Positions 18,517-27,410 of a stretch of DNA of 64,000 nt are shown piece after piece. A program made the position numbers and the translations under genes. Source of the DNA: Cyanobacteria bacterium P01_F01_bin.150 (GTDB taxonomy: Bacteria; Cyanobacteriota; Cyanobacteriia; CAKZMO01); assembly GCA_039189765.1 (NCBI GenBank), contig JBCCYL010000025.1:11807-75806 (forward strand). Direction: 5' to 3'. Within the stretch, counting starts at the first letter, position 1; each line of letters begins with the position of its first letter. A model generated the notes under the pieces. That model saw only the letters and a list, made by a program, of their open reading frames with translations. It had not been told where the DNA came from and ran no database searches.

Positions 18517-21500
18517 TTGAGTAAGCCATCGACGACTAGAGCGAAAACCCAGGTTTCAGCTACGCCCACGCCCACTGCTACAGCGAGTGTAGATGGGGGA
18601 CAGGCATTGTTTGACAGCCAAGAGTCCCAACTGGATTCTGATGATGCTCTAGAGTACGATGGTGTTCAACGGTTTGCGGCCAGTGCGGACCCACCCGATG
18701 ATGGCTTGATGCGATCGCCTCTCCATCAGCTCCAGCGAGCGATCGCTCAGGGGCATCAGTTTGACGGGGTGGCGATCGCCACCCATATTCCTGCTACAGT
18801 TCACTCTCCTAAATCACATCAATCCCAAGCACATCAATCGTCCAATGCAGGGGCTCCAATCCAGCGAATGCCCTATCCCTTCACCTATGGGCGTTCTTCT
18901 GCTAGCAACGTAACGGTCACTGGAGAAAAGTGGGAAGAGGGGATGGTGACGTTAAAACCTCAGCCCGGAGCGGAACCACAGATTGCTCAGGAGCAAATTA
19001 CCCAAACCGGAGAGCGATGGAAAGACGGGGCGGTGACCTTAAAGCCGGAATCGACTCCAGCAAAATCATCACCCAAATCGTCACGTAAATCGTCACCAAA
19101 GCAAACACCTCACATCCAGCGACAGGCTCTAAGTTTGGTAAAAGAGCGCTGGGAAGGAGGAGCTGTAAGTTTAAAGACCGACCCGCTCGCCGCTAAGGTT
19201 TCGCCCACAGGCGAAAGATGGAAAAACGGCATGGTTACGTTAAAGGCCGACTCCACCCACCCGTCTCGAAAATCAAGGGGGAACCCCACCCCAGCCCTCC
19301 CCTTACTGAGGGGAGGGAGCTTAAAGGCAGGCCCCACCCCAGCCCTCCCCTTATCAAGGGGAGGGGGCAATGTTCCTGTCCAAACTAAAGGTGGGGATGG
19401 GTCGTTTGATGCTGGACGCAAAATCGAGGGCCAGCTTAAAAACAGTCGAGGAGGTGGGCAACCGCTCCAGGATGGGACCCGCAATTTTATGGAGTCTCGA
19501 TTTGGAAATGACTTTAGCAAAGTCAGAGTCCACACCAATGCTGAATCAGTGCAAATGAATCGGGACCTTAGTGCCCAAGCCTTTACCCACGGCAACGATA
19601 TTTACTTTAATTCTGGGAAATATAGTCCTGAGTCCACTTCTGGTAAACGATTACTGGCCCACGAGCTGACCCATACGATTCAGCAAACAGGGCCTTCGGC
19701 GGTGAGTCCAAAGAGATTGGATAAAAAGGCCAGCAAGGGGAATAAACATACCGTTAGCCGCAAGCCCCAAGCGATCGCGGCAAAGGTCGCACCCAAGATT
19801 CAGACTCAGCTAATTGTGGGGGCAGTGGGCGATCGCTACGAACAGGAAGCCGATCGGATGGCCGACCAGGTGATGCAGCTCCAAGATCCCCCCCCGATTT
19901 CCCGTAGGATGGGCAAAACGAACGTGTGCCCATCAGCCGATTCTTTTGAGAACCAGAGCGTTGTGGAGTTGGGAGATTCTTTTGATGGGCACGTCCTTAC
20001 GTCCTTTGCCCATCCTACGCAAGGTGCTGTGCAGCGTTCCATTTCTCCGGTGAAAGACCTGCGGGTGCAGAGAGGAGAAAAAGCCGATATCAAAAAGGAT
20101 GTCCAAAAGGGGCTTAAGGGCATCAACGACGAAATTGAAAGTAAAAGTACTCCTGAATCGGAAGATAAAGAGGCGGATAAAGGAGCCGATGCTGGGCGGG
20201 ATCTGGCGAAGGATGCGGAAAATGAGTTAGGCAACGCTAAAAGTAAAAATAAGGCTAAAAAGGCGGCAAAGAAGCTTAAGAAAAAGAGCGAGGATAAGTC
20301 TAAGCAGGTCAGGGAAGAGGCGGACAAAGCTAAGGAAGCTGAGGCCACTAAGGAAGAAACGGATAAGAAAAAAGCTAAGGAACAAGAGCTGGTCGAAACG
20401 GAAAAGCAAGCTCAGGAAACGGTTGATGCCCTAACCAAACAGGGGGAAGGGGAGGGGGAGGCAAACCCAGATGGGGAGGGTACCGCTGAAGGCGCGGCAG
20501 AAACGCCCCAGCCGTCTGATGAAGCGGCAGTGGGTATAGACAAGCTCATTGCGCCAGAGAAATTACCCGATCCAGGGCTAATCGTGGCACCGGAGGTTCG
20601 CCAGGATAAGGCTCCGGTCTCTGCCGATGAGGACCCGGCCTTTGCGGCGGTGGTCAGCCAGACGGAACATGTGGCAGCGGAGCAAAGTGCCCATAAACCC
20701 GCCGAGACAAAGGCCCAAGAAGCCCAAGATTCCGCTGAGGACCCCAGCCAGCAACTACGGAGCAGTCAGTCCACCCAGTCTGAGGAAGCAGGGGAGAAGG
20801 AGCCCCAACTGTTTGACCGAGAAGCCTTTGTCAGCGGTCTGTTAGCCGTTCTGGAGTCCAACAAACCCAGCTCCCAGAAGGATGTGGAAGAAGGCAAGGG
20901 GATGGACGGAGCCTCGGAAGGGATGCAGGCGGAGATCGATAAGGCCAAGGAGGGGGCAGGGGGTGACCTGTCCAATTCGGCAACCCGCGCTCCAGATCCA
21001 GAGGTGGAGGAACCCAAGGTGGTGGTTCCGGCCCCTGATGCCATTACGGAAACCGGGGAAATGCTCCCGGATGGTCTGGTAGACGCCGCTGCGGCTATCC
21101 CTAAACCTAAAACTGAATCCGAAATTGAAGCGCCCTTGGCGAAAACGGCTGAGGCGATCGAAAATTTAATTCCCAAAAATTCCAGCAAGCTCCCCCCGAT
21201 TCAGACCCAGCTGATGGTGGGGGCTCCAGGGGATAAATACGAGGTCGAAGCTGACCATATGGCGGACACGGTGATGTCCATGGCTGAGCCTGCGGTTCAG
21301 CCGGAAGCCGCAACTGAGCCTCCTGCTACTGTGCAAGCATCGCCGGAGCAAGATGTATCGCTAGAGCTTCAGACCCCTCCCCAGCCCTCCCCTTGCCAAG
21401 GGGAGGGGGCCGATCCGGTCTCCCCCTACGTCTTACAGACAGGCTTCGCCAAAACCAAGGGGGGACTAAGGGGGGTGAAGCAGACTCCTGATGAACCCCA

Positions 21501-24500
21501 ATCGCAGTCGCTTCAGCGTCAGTCTGAACTCTCGCAGCTCCCCGATATTCAACTGATGCCGGGGCTGTTTCTTCAGCGGAAGGTGGCGCTGGACGGGGAC
21601 GCACCCAGCCAGGAAGGAAATGCGGTGCCCTTGGACCAGCACCGTATGGAGCAATATGAAAAGGAGGCTGGGGTTAATGCAACGGGAGCGATAAAGGAAG
21701 GGAAGGAGCACTTTGGCGGAGCAGCCCAGGCCCAATTTCGGCAGGCGGAAGCCAGTCAGCATGCAGAGGCCCACAGCGCCCAGACTGACACCATCGCCAG
21801 CACAAATCAGGATATGTTTTCGGCGCGGATGACGGAGTTTACTAACGTCCAAACTAGCCAGGAAACTGCCAAAACAGAGGATGAAGCCTCCCGCGATCGC
21901 GTCACCCAAGAAGTTCAGGCAATTTACGACACCACTAAGCTTAACGTCAACACTACCCTGGCGCGGATGGACTCGCGGGTCAATGCGGAATTTGCCGCCA
22001 CCGATAAACGAGCCAAGGCGGTTTTTGAGCGTCGCCAGAAGCAGCTATTTAAGGCGTGGAAAGAGGACTACTACGGTAAGCGTCATCCCCTCTATATTCC
22101 CTGGATGGAGGTGAAAACGGGCTGGGCCTATGTGAAAATTCGCTTTTATCTCAAGCCGTTTTTTAATACGCCCCTGTGGCTGGTCAACAAGATTTTTACC
22201 GGGCTGCCGGACGAGGTCAATCAGATTTATGAGATTGCCCGTGAAGATTATCTGGCGGTGCAGCGGGAAGGGGTGCATCGCATCGCCGATATTGTCGAAG
22301 AGGAAATGGCGATCGCCAAACAGCAGGTGGATGAAGGGCGACAGCAGGTGCAGGACTACGTTGCCACCCTCCCCCAGGAACTCCAGTCTGTCGGTGCGGA
22401 AGCCGCCGCCAGCGTGCAGGCTCAGTTTGACAGCCTGGAGCAGAGCATTAAGGATAAGCAGGGTTCCCTGGTTGAGGACCTTAAGGCCAAGTATGAGGAA
22501 TCCCTCTCGGAAATCGACGAGCGGATTGAAGAATTAAAAGCGGCCAACGCCAGCTTGGTAAGTAAAATCGCCAGCGCGATCGCCGATATTGCCAAGTGGA
22601 TTTTGCGTCAGGTGATTCGGGTGCTGGAACCGCCTCTGTCTCTGATTCCCGGCATTGGCTCTAAGATTGGCAAATTCCTGGATGCCTTTGTGGATGACCC
22701 CGGTGGGATTATGAGCACTTTCTTTAAGGGGCTGGGCAAAGGGTTTGAAAACTTTGGCAAAAATATTATGAAGCATGTGGTCAATGGCCTATTTGAATGG
22801 CTGTTGGGCACTGACATCCCGATTACCTTCCCTAAGAAATTTGACCTCCAGGGTGTGATTGATATCGTGCTGCAAATTTTAGGGATGTCAAAGGATGCCA
22901 TTTTCTACCTGGCCTCCAGCTTTTTACCCAGTTGGGCTGTAGAGCTGCTGCAAATGCTGATGGAAAAAGGCATGGGGGCATTATCCAACCTGAGGGAAAC
23001 CCTGGAGGAGTTGGGCGTACCGGACTATGTGATGGCCTTTTTTGAGGCGATCTCTGACTTCCCCAAGAAAGGCATTATGGCCCTGTGGGACTTTATCAAG
23101 ACTATTTTCTCCTCCCTTAAAGGCCAGTTTATTACCACCATTATTACCACCCTAATTATTCCCGAAATCGTTATTGCCGGGATTCAATGGCTGGTGGGAC
23201 TGCTAAATCCCGCTGCTGGTATTGTCAAAATCGTTAAGGCGATCGTCGATGTGATTATCTTTTTAATCGACAATCGGGCAATGATTTTTCAGGTCTTGCA
23301 GGCAGTGGCCGATACCTTTTCCGCTCTGATTGATAAATCCTGGTCACCCGTTGCCGTGGCAGTGGAATATGCCCTGGCTAAAATGATTCCCCTTGCCCTG
23401 GGTCTGTTTGTCTCCCTATTGGGATTGGGGGGAATATCCAAGAAAGTTTCCAAAGCAACGGATAAGCTCCGTGCCCCCGTAGACAAGGGATTTGAGAAAG
23501 TATTCAAAAAAATGGGCTTTTTGCTTGACCCCGTCGGAACGATTCAGGGTGGCGTTTCGGGACTGCGAGACCGGGCCAAGAGCAAGAAGAAAGGGAAAGA
23601 TGATGACGCCCCGTCCTCTAAAAATACCAAGAAGGACAAAGATAAAGATGGTAAAGATAAGGACAAGAATAAGAACGCTAAAACCGAGCAGGATGACTCC
23701 GTTAAGCGCCTAAAGTCTGCCATGAATGCGGTGGACAATACGACGGAGAAAAAACGTGATCCGAGTTCTGTGGACAAAGAACTGGGTGGAATTAAGAAAA
23801 AGTATGATCTGGACACCCTCACCCTTAAGAAAAAGGGCAAAGAAAAATACGTTGTCACCGGTAAAGCGAAGGCAAAAACCTCTTCATCCAAATCTAAAAA
23901 GGTTCAGCGTAAGTCTTCCAAGTCTAAGGGCGTGGACTGGAACGATAAGGCCAATGATATCAAGGTTAAAACCAAGCTAAAGGCCAAAAAGAAAAAAGGC
24001 GGGCAGTTTACCGTGGATGCCCAACTGGTGGAAGAAGACAAGATTATGGATGAGGTGGAGCGCAAGCTCAAATTCCGCATGAAAATTAACGGCAGCCTCA
24101 CCTCCATTCGAGCCTATGCCGCCCGCCTCAAGACCCAGTACAAGCTCAAGAAGCTGGAGGTAAAGGGCAATCGCAAGCTCTATTCGATTAGGGGCGAGAT
24201 GAGCAAGCGCTCGGCCCAACGGCAGGCAACAACGGGAGCAAGTTCTGCTCCAGCCATCAGCTCTAGAGTTGAAACCGATATTCAACGGGCGGAAGGTCGG
24301 GGAGAGGCGATCGCCCCCACAGTCCGGACCCCGATGGAGAATGCCTTTGGCATGGACTTTAGCCCCGTGCGGATCCATGCTGATAGTGAGGGCGATCGCC
24401 TCAGCCGCTCCCTAGAGGCCAAGGCATTTACCACCGGACAGGATATCTTTTTCCGACAGGGTGCCTATGCCCCTGACAGTCTCCAGGGCAAGCATTTATT

Positions 24501-25722
24501 AGCCCATGAGTTGACCCACGTAGTCCAGCAGTCCGGCGAACGCCCCAGCATTATTCCCCAGAAAGTGCAGCGCCAAGGGGCCGAGCCACCCACCATTCAA
24601 CGGGTCGCTGAGTCTGCATCATCCGCCAGTGGCTTGGACCTCTGGGTCCAGCGAGAAGCCGAAGACGGTGGGGGTGACGCGATCGCGCCATCTGAATCTG
24701 TGGCAGATACCGGAGACACTGCATCCGCCAGTGATGCAGCGGCAGGGATGGGCTCGATGGGAGCAGGGATGGCGGGTGCAGCGGTAGGCGGTATGGTCAA
24801 ACAGGCCGGAGTTGCTGCGGTGAAGAAGGGCATTGAAAGCTTTATCCCCACGGGTAAGGTGCTCTTTTCTAGGGTCAGTAATAACAATACCCAACTCTCC
24901 ATGAAGGTCTTGGTTCAAGACCGGGATTTAGACGGAAAGGACTCCACCGTCGCTAAGGAAGATGCCCAACCGGAGGAGGGATTGCCCAATAGCTTACTCG
25001 GGGATATCGTCGATGTGATTATGGATATCGTCCGCCAAGACCCCGACCCTGACGTTGTGGCCCGTAAGCTTAACAAAGTACGGGTAATGTTTGAGATGAA
25101 CCTGATTAAGCTGATTACCTACGGTGAAATCGGGGACTCCTTTGAATATATTGTCAAAATTAATGGACGGGCTAAGTTTTTACGGGCCAGCAAAATTGCC
25201 TCATTCCTTAAACGATTGGGCACCGGGGGGAAAAAGAAAACTGGAGCCGCCATATCCAATTCTCCCTCCAAAGTCAGTGATGATCCATCCGCCCAAGATC
25301 CTTCCCAAGATACGTCCAAAAATACTGCAACTGGCAAAAGCGCTAGCTTTGGCGACGACAAGCCCAGAGCCAAAGCCCCAGCAATGACCGAACCCCAAAA
25401 AGATATTGGAGCATCCGAAACCCCATCCTCTACTGGCAAAAAATCTAGCGTCCTACCCCAATCTCCAACCAAGGATAAGGAGGCCGACTCTGGGGCCGAT
25501 ACCGCCCCCGATAAAGCGTCCCAGAATTCCCCATCGTCCACCAAAGCAGAGCAGTCAGATAAGGAAACCACACCTTCGTCTACTGGTAATCAAAAGGAGT
25601 CTGCGCCACAGTCTAAGGCAGTATCCGACCGGACAATGAAGATTACCTCTAAATTCCGCCGCATTGATGCTGAAACCGTTGATGTAATTATCCGCGCGAC
25701 CCCTCAAAGTACAACCCATTAG
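18517..25722 (+). CDS. Giant protein with two DUF4157 domains and a central tape-measure-like helical/hydrophobic region
   Basis: Two ...RVH...AFT.G.DI.F..G.Y.P....GK.LLAHELTH..QQ domains, coiled-coil and amphipathic segments, and Lys-rich tracts. The TTG start is uncertain. Confidence 0.85.
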   Translation: MSKPSTTRAKTQVSATPTPTATASVDGGQALFDSQESQLDSDDALEYDGVQRFAASADPPDDGLMRSPLHQLQRAIAQGHQFDGVAIATHIPATVHSPKSHQSQAHQSSNAGAPIQRMPYPFTYGRSSASNVTVTGEKWEEGMVTLKPQPGAEPQIAQEQITQTGERWKDGAVTLKPESTPAKSSPKSSRKSSPKQTPHIQRQALSLVKERWEGGAVSLKTDPLAAKVSPTGERWKNGMVTLKADSTHPSRKSRGNPTPALPLLRGGSLKAGPTPALPLSRGGGNVPVQTKGGDGSFDAGRKIEGQLKNSRGGGQPLQDGTRNFMESRFGNDFSKVRVHTNAESVQMNRDLSAQAFTHGNDIYFNSGKYSPESTSGKRLLAHELTHTIQQTGPSAVSPKRLDKKASKGNKHTVSRKPQAIAAKVAPKIQTQLIVGAVGDRYEQEADRMADQVMQLQDPPPISRRMGKTNVCPSADSFENQSVVELGDSFDGHVLTSFAHPTQGAVQRSISPVKDLRVQRGEKADIKKDVQKGLKGINDEIESKSTPESEDKEADKGADAGRDLAKDAENELGNAKSKNKAKKAAKKLKKKSEDKSKQVREEADKAKEAEATKEETDKKKAKEQELVETEKQAQETVDALTKQGEGEGEANPDGEGTAEGAAETPQPSDEAAVGIDKLIAPEKLPDPGLIVAPEVRQDKAPVSADEDPAFAAVVSQTEHVAAEQSAHKPAETKAQEAQDSAEDPSQQLRSSQSTQSEEAGEKEPQLFDREAFVSGLLAVLESNKPSSQKDVEEGKGMDGASEGMQAEIDKAKEGAGGDLSNSATRAPDPEVEEPKVVVPAPDAITETGEMLPDGLVDAAAAIPKPKTESEIEAPLAKTAEAIENLIPKNSSKLPPIQTQLMVGAPGDKYEVEADHMADTVMSMAEPAVQPEAATEPPATVQASPEQDVSLELQTPPQPSPCQGEGADPVSPYVLQTGFAKTKGGLRGVKQTPDEPQSQSLQRQSELSQLPDIQLMPGLFLQRKVALDGDAPSQEGNAVPLDQHRMEQYEKEAGVNATGAIKEGKEHFGGAAQAQFRQAEASQHAEAHSAQTDTIASTNQDMFSARMTEFTNVQTSQETAKTEDEASRDRVTQEVQAIYDTTKLNVNTTLARMDSRVNAEFAATDKRAKAVFERRQKQLFKAWKEDYYGKRHPLYIPWMEVKTGWAYVKIRFYLKPFFNTPLWLVNKIFTGLPDEVNQIYEIAREDYLAVQREGVHRIADIVEEEMAIAKQQVDEGRQQVQDYVATLPQELQSVGAEAAASVQAQFDSLEQSIKDKQGSLVEDLKAKYEESLSEIDERIEELKAANASLVSKIASAIADIAKWILRQVIRVLEPPLSLIPGIGSKIGKFLDAFVDDPGGIMSTFFKGLGKGFENFGKNIMKHVVNGLFEWLLGTDIPITFPKKFDLQGVIDIVLQILGMSKDAIFYLASSFLPSWAVELLQMLMEKGMGALSNLRETLEELGVPDYVMAFFEAISDFPKKGIMALWDFIKTIFSSLKGQFITTIITTLIIPEIVIAGIQWLVGLLNPAAGIVKIVKAIVDVIIFLIDNRAMIFQVLQAVADTFSALIDKSWSPVAVAVEYALAKMIPLALGLFVSLLGLGGISKKVSKATDKLRAPVDKGFEKVFKKMGFLLDPVGTIQGGVSGLRDRAKSKKKGKDDDAPSSKNTKKDKDKDGKDKDKNKNAKTEQDDSVKRLKSAMNAVDNTTEKKRDPSSVDKELGGIKKKYDLDTLTLKKKGKEKYVVTGKAKAKTSSSKSKKVQRKSSKSKGVDWNDKANDIKVKTKLKAKKKKGGQFTVDAQLVEEDKIMDEVERKLKFRMKINGSLTSIRAYAARLKTQYKLKKLEVKGNRKLYSIRGEMSKRSAQRQATTGASSAPAISSRVETDIQRAEGRGEAIAPTVRTPMENAFGMDFSPVRIHADSEGDRLSRSLEAKAFTTGQDIFFRQGAYAPDSLQGKHLLAHELTHVVQQSGERPSIIPQKVQRQGAEPPTIQRVAESASSASGLDLWVQREAEDGGGDAIAPSESVADTGDTASASDAAAGMGSMGAGMAGAAVGGMVKQAGVAAVKKGIESFIPTGKVLFSRVSNNNTQLSMKVLVQDRDLDGKDSTVAKEDAQPEEGLPNSLLGDIVDVIMDIVRQDPDPDVVARKLNKVRVMFEMNLIKLITYGEIGDSFEYIVKINGRAKFLRASKIASFLKRLGTGGKKKTGAAISNSPSKVSDDPSAQDPSQDTSKNTATGKSASFGDDKPRAKAPAMTEPQKDIGASETPSSTGKKSSVLPQSPTKDKEADSGADTAPDKASQNSPSSTKAEQSDKETTPSSTGNQKESAPQSKAVSDRTMKITSKFRRIDAETVDVIIRATPQSTTH
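19284..19368. repeat. Two tandem CCCCACCCCAGCCCTCCCCTT.....AGGGGAGGG hairpin elements, in frame in a CDS
   Basis: Encode PTPALPLLRGG and PTPALPLSRGG. Confidence 0.8.
19903..20019. repeat. REPIN-like palindrome (81 + 36 bp) inserted in frame in a CDS
   Basis: CGTAGGATGGGCAAAACG...TTTGCCCATCCTACG with internal direct repeat GATTCTTTTGA at 19939 and 19975. Confidence 0.85.
21375..21478. repeat. Palindromic element with a nested short repeat, in frame in a CDS
   Basis: CCCCTCCCCAGCCCTCCCCTTGCCAAGGGGAGGGG...TCCCCCT[ACGTCTTACAGACAGGCTTCGCCAA]AACCAAGGGGGGACTAAGGGGGG. Confidence 0.7.
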
Positions 25723-25736
25723 GGAGACCCTAACCC

Positions 25737-27410
25737 ATGCTGCTATCCTCTGTTGACCCGCCCCTTGAGTTCACCACTGATCAGTGTCATACCCTGCCGC
25801 TGAATTGTCCCATCACCTTATATTGCCCTGACGGCGATAACGATGCCGATGCTGATGCTTTTACTGCGATCGCCCACCACCTAACCCTTATTAAAAAGAC
25901 CAGTGGTCCAACGCCAAGACATAAGCCAAAATCCCCTCAGGCTCAAACGGCAGATGTTCAGGCAGATGTTCAGGCAGATAATCAGTTAAATAGTCCAACA
26001 ACACGGACAGGGACAGCGACTGTAACTCCCACCAATATTTCCCCAACCGCGACGGTTAAGCTCAATCAGAACATTGGTTTAAAAGACTGTCATTTGATAC
26101 TGTCCATATCCTTGGACCAGTATCAGCATATTCTCGATCGCGAGTTATTCCATCTAAAACCCGAAGTCCGGGGTCCCCTCCATCAGGTGGACTTTTTACC
26201 CGATAGCCCAATTCTGCTTGAGCTGGGACTCCAACCCTATATTTTTCAAGACAACGATCTCGACACCCTTGGTGAAGCACCTATTTCTATTGCCGAAAAA
26301 GAACGAGCGATCGCCCTCCTCTCCAACCTTCTGAATCAACTCAATACTGAAGAAAACGCTGAAAATACAGATAATACAGACACTGATTCATCCCCTCAAA
26401 ACCTGAGTCTAAAATCCAGTCAATTTATTCAGGCTTTACTCACGGACTCCTTGCCCACCGACCCGGCCCCCTGGCAAACCACCGATGGCTGGCTATGTCG
26501 TTCCGTTCAACAACGCCAAGCCAATGAAACGGTAGGATATGCAACCCTATGGGCCTACGCCACACCGGAACAAACCGAACCCGTAATGCAATCGGGACAG
26601 TCGGCGTTAGAGGCGATCGCCACCCTACTGCAACATACCAGCGATGCCGTCCAATCCGAGCTGGACCAACATCTCCCCCAGGTAAAACAGAGTCTTTCGG
26701 TATTCTCAGATGAACTGATTATCGCCCTCGAACAGGTAGACTGGGAAACCCTTTTGGCTACAGATGACGAGCAATTAGGTGAGGATGAGAAGGAGGGCGA
26801 TCGCCCTGTCTCCCAAATAGTCAAACAGTTTTTTGATGAGGATGATTGGCCTTACATTATTTTGGAGGAGATGGAAGGAGTTAAACCCAGATCCCGGGGT
26901 TCTGAGGCAAACTCGTTAGCATCGCCAAATGATTTTCAAGAACCCCGGGATCTAACGCCCCAACACCCCAACACCCCAACACCTTCTCCAAAACCCAAAA
27001 TCCAAAATCCAAAATTGTTTCAGCTAGCTTTCCAAGGCGACGCCGGGCGCTGGACCTGTCTAGCCCAAACCGATGATACAGCCCACCAAGTGGTCTTTTA
27101 TTCTCTCTGTCCTATCTCGGTGCCTGACGATCGCTATGGATCGATTGCCGAATTTATTCTGCGGGTTAATGACAGCCTACTTATTGGCAACTTTGAGCTG
27201 GATATTGACCAGGGTGATATTCGCTATAAAACCAGTTTAGATACGGAGGGCGATCGCCTTACCTCAACCCTAATGCAGCGGCTTGTGTATGCAAATGTGC
27301 ATACGATGGATACCTATTTGCCGGGCATTATCGCGGTGCTGGCTGGAGATTGTAGTCCGGTGGAGGCGATCGCGTCTATTGAACAAACACTTGAATCATC
27401 CCATGCCTAA
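25737..27410 (+). CDS. YbjN-domain (CesT/T3SS-chaperone-like) protein
   Basis: C-terminal FF..DDW...FQG..G.W.C....VVFYS.CP...IAEFI.R.N....GNFELD...G.IRYKTS. Confidence 0.8.
   Translation: MLLSSVDPPLEFTTDQCHTLPLNCPITLYCPDGDNDADADAFTAIAHHLTLIKKTSGPTPRHKPKSPQAQTADVQADVQADNQLNSPTTRTGTATVTPTNISPTATVKLNQNIGLKDCHLILSISLDQYQHILDRELFHLKPEVRGPLHQVDFLPDSPILLELGLQPYIFQDNDLDTLGEAPISIAEKERAIALLSNLLNQLNTEENAENTDNTDTDSSPQNLSLKSSQFIQALLTDSLPTDPAPWQTTDGWLCRSVQQRQANETVGYATLWAYATPEQTEPVMQSGQSALEAIATLLQHTSDAVQSELDQHLPQVKQSLSVFSDELIIALEQVDWETLLATDDEQLGEDEKEGDRPVSQIVKQFFDEDDWPYIILEEMEGVKPRSRGSEANSLASPNDFQEPRDLTPQHPNTPTPSPKPKIQNPKLFQLAFQGDAGRWTCLAQTDDTAHQVVFYSLCPISVPDDRYGSIAEFILRVNDSLLIGNFELDIDQGDIRYKTSLDTEGDRLTSTLMQRLVYANVHTMDTYLPGIIAVLAGDCSPVEAIASIEQTLESSHA
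26886..27014. repeat. Palindrome plus heptamer-repeat composite, in frame within the YbjN domain
   Basis: 15-bp perfect inverted repeat AGATCCCGGGGTTCT/AGAACCCCGGGATCT, followed by CCCCAACA repeats and AAATCCA repeats. Confidence 0.85.
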
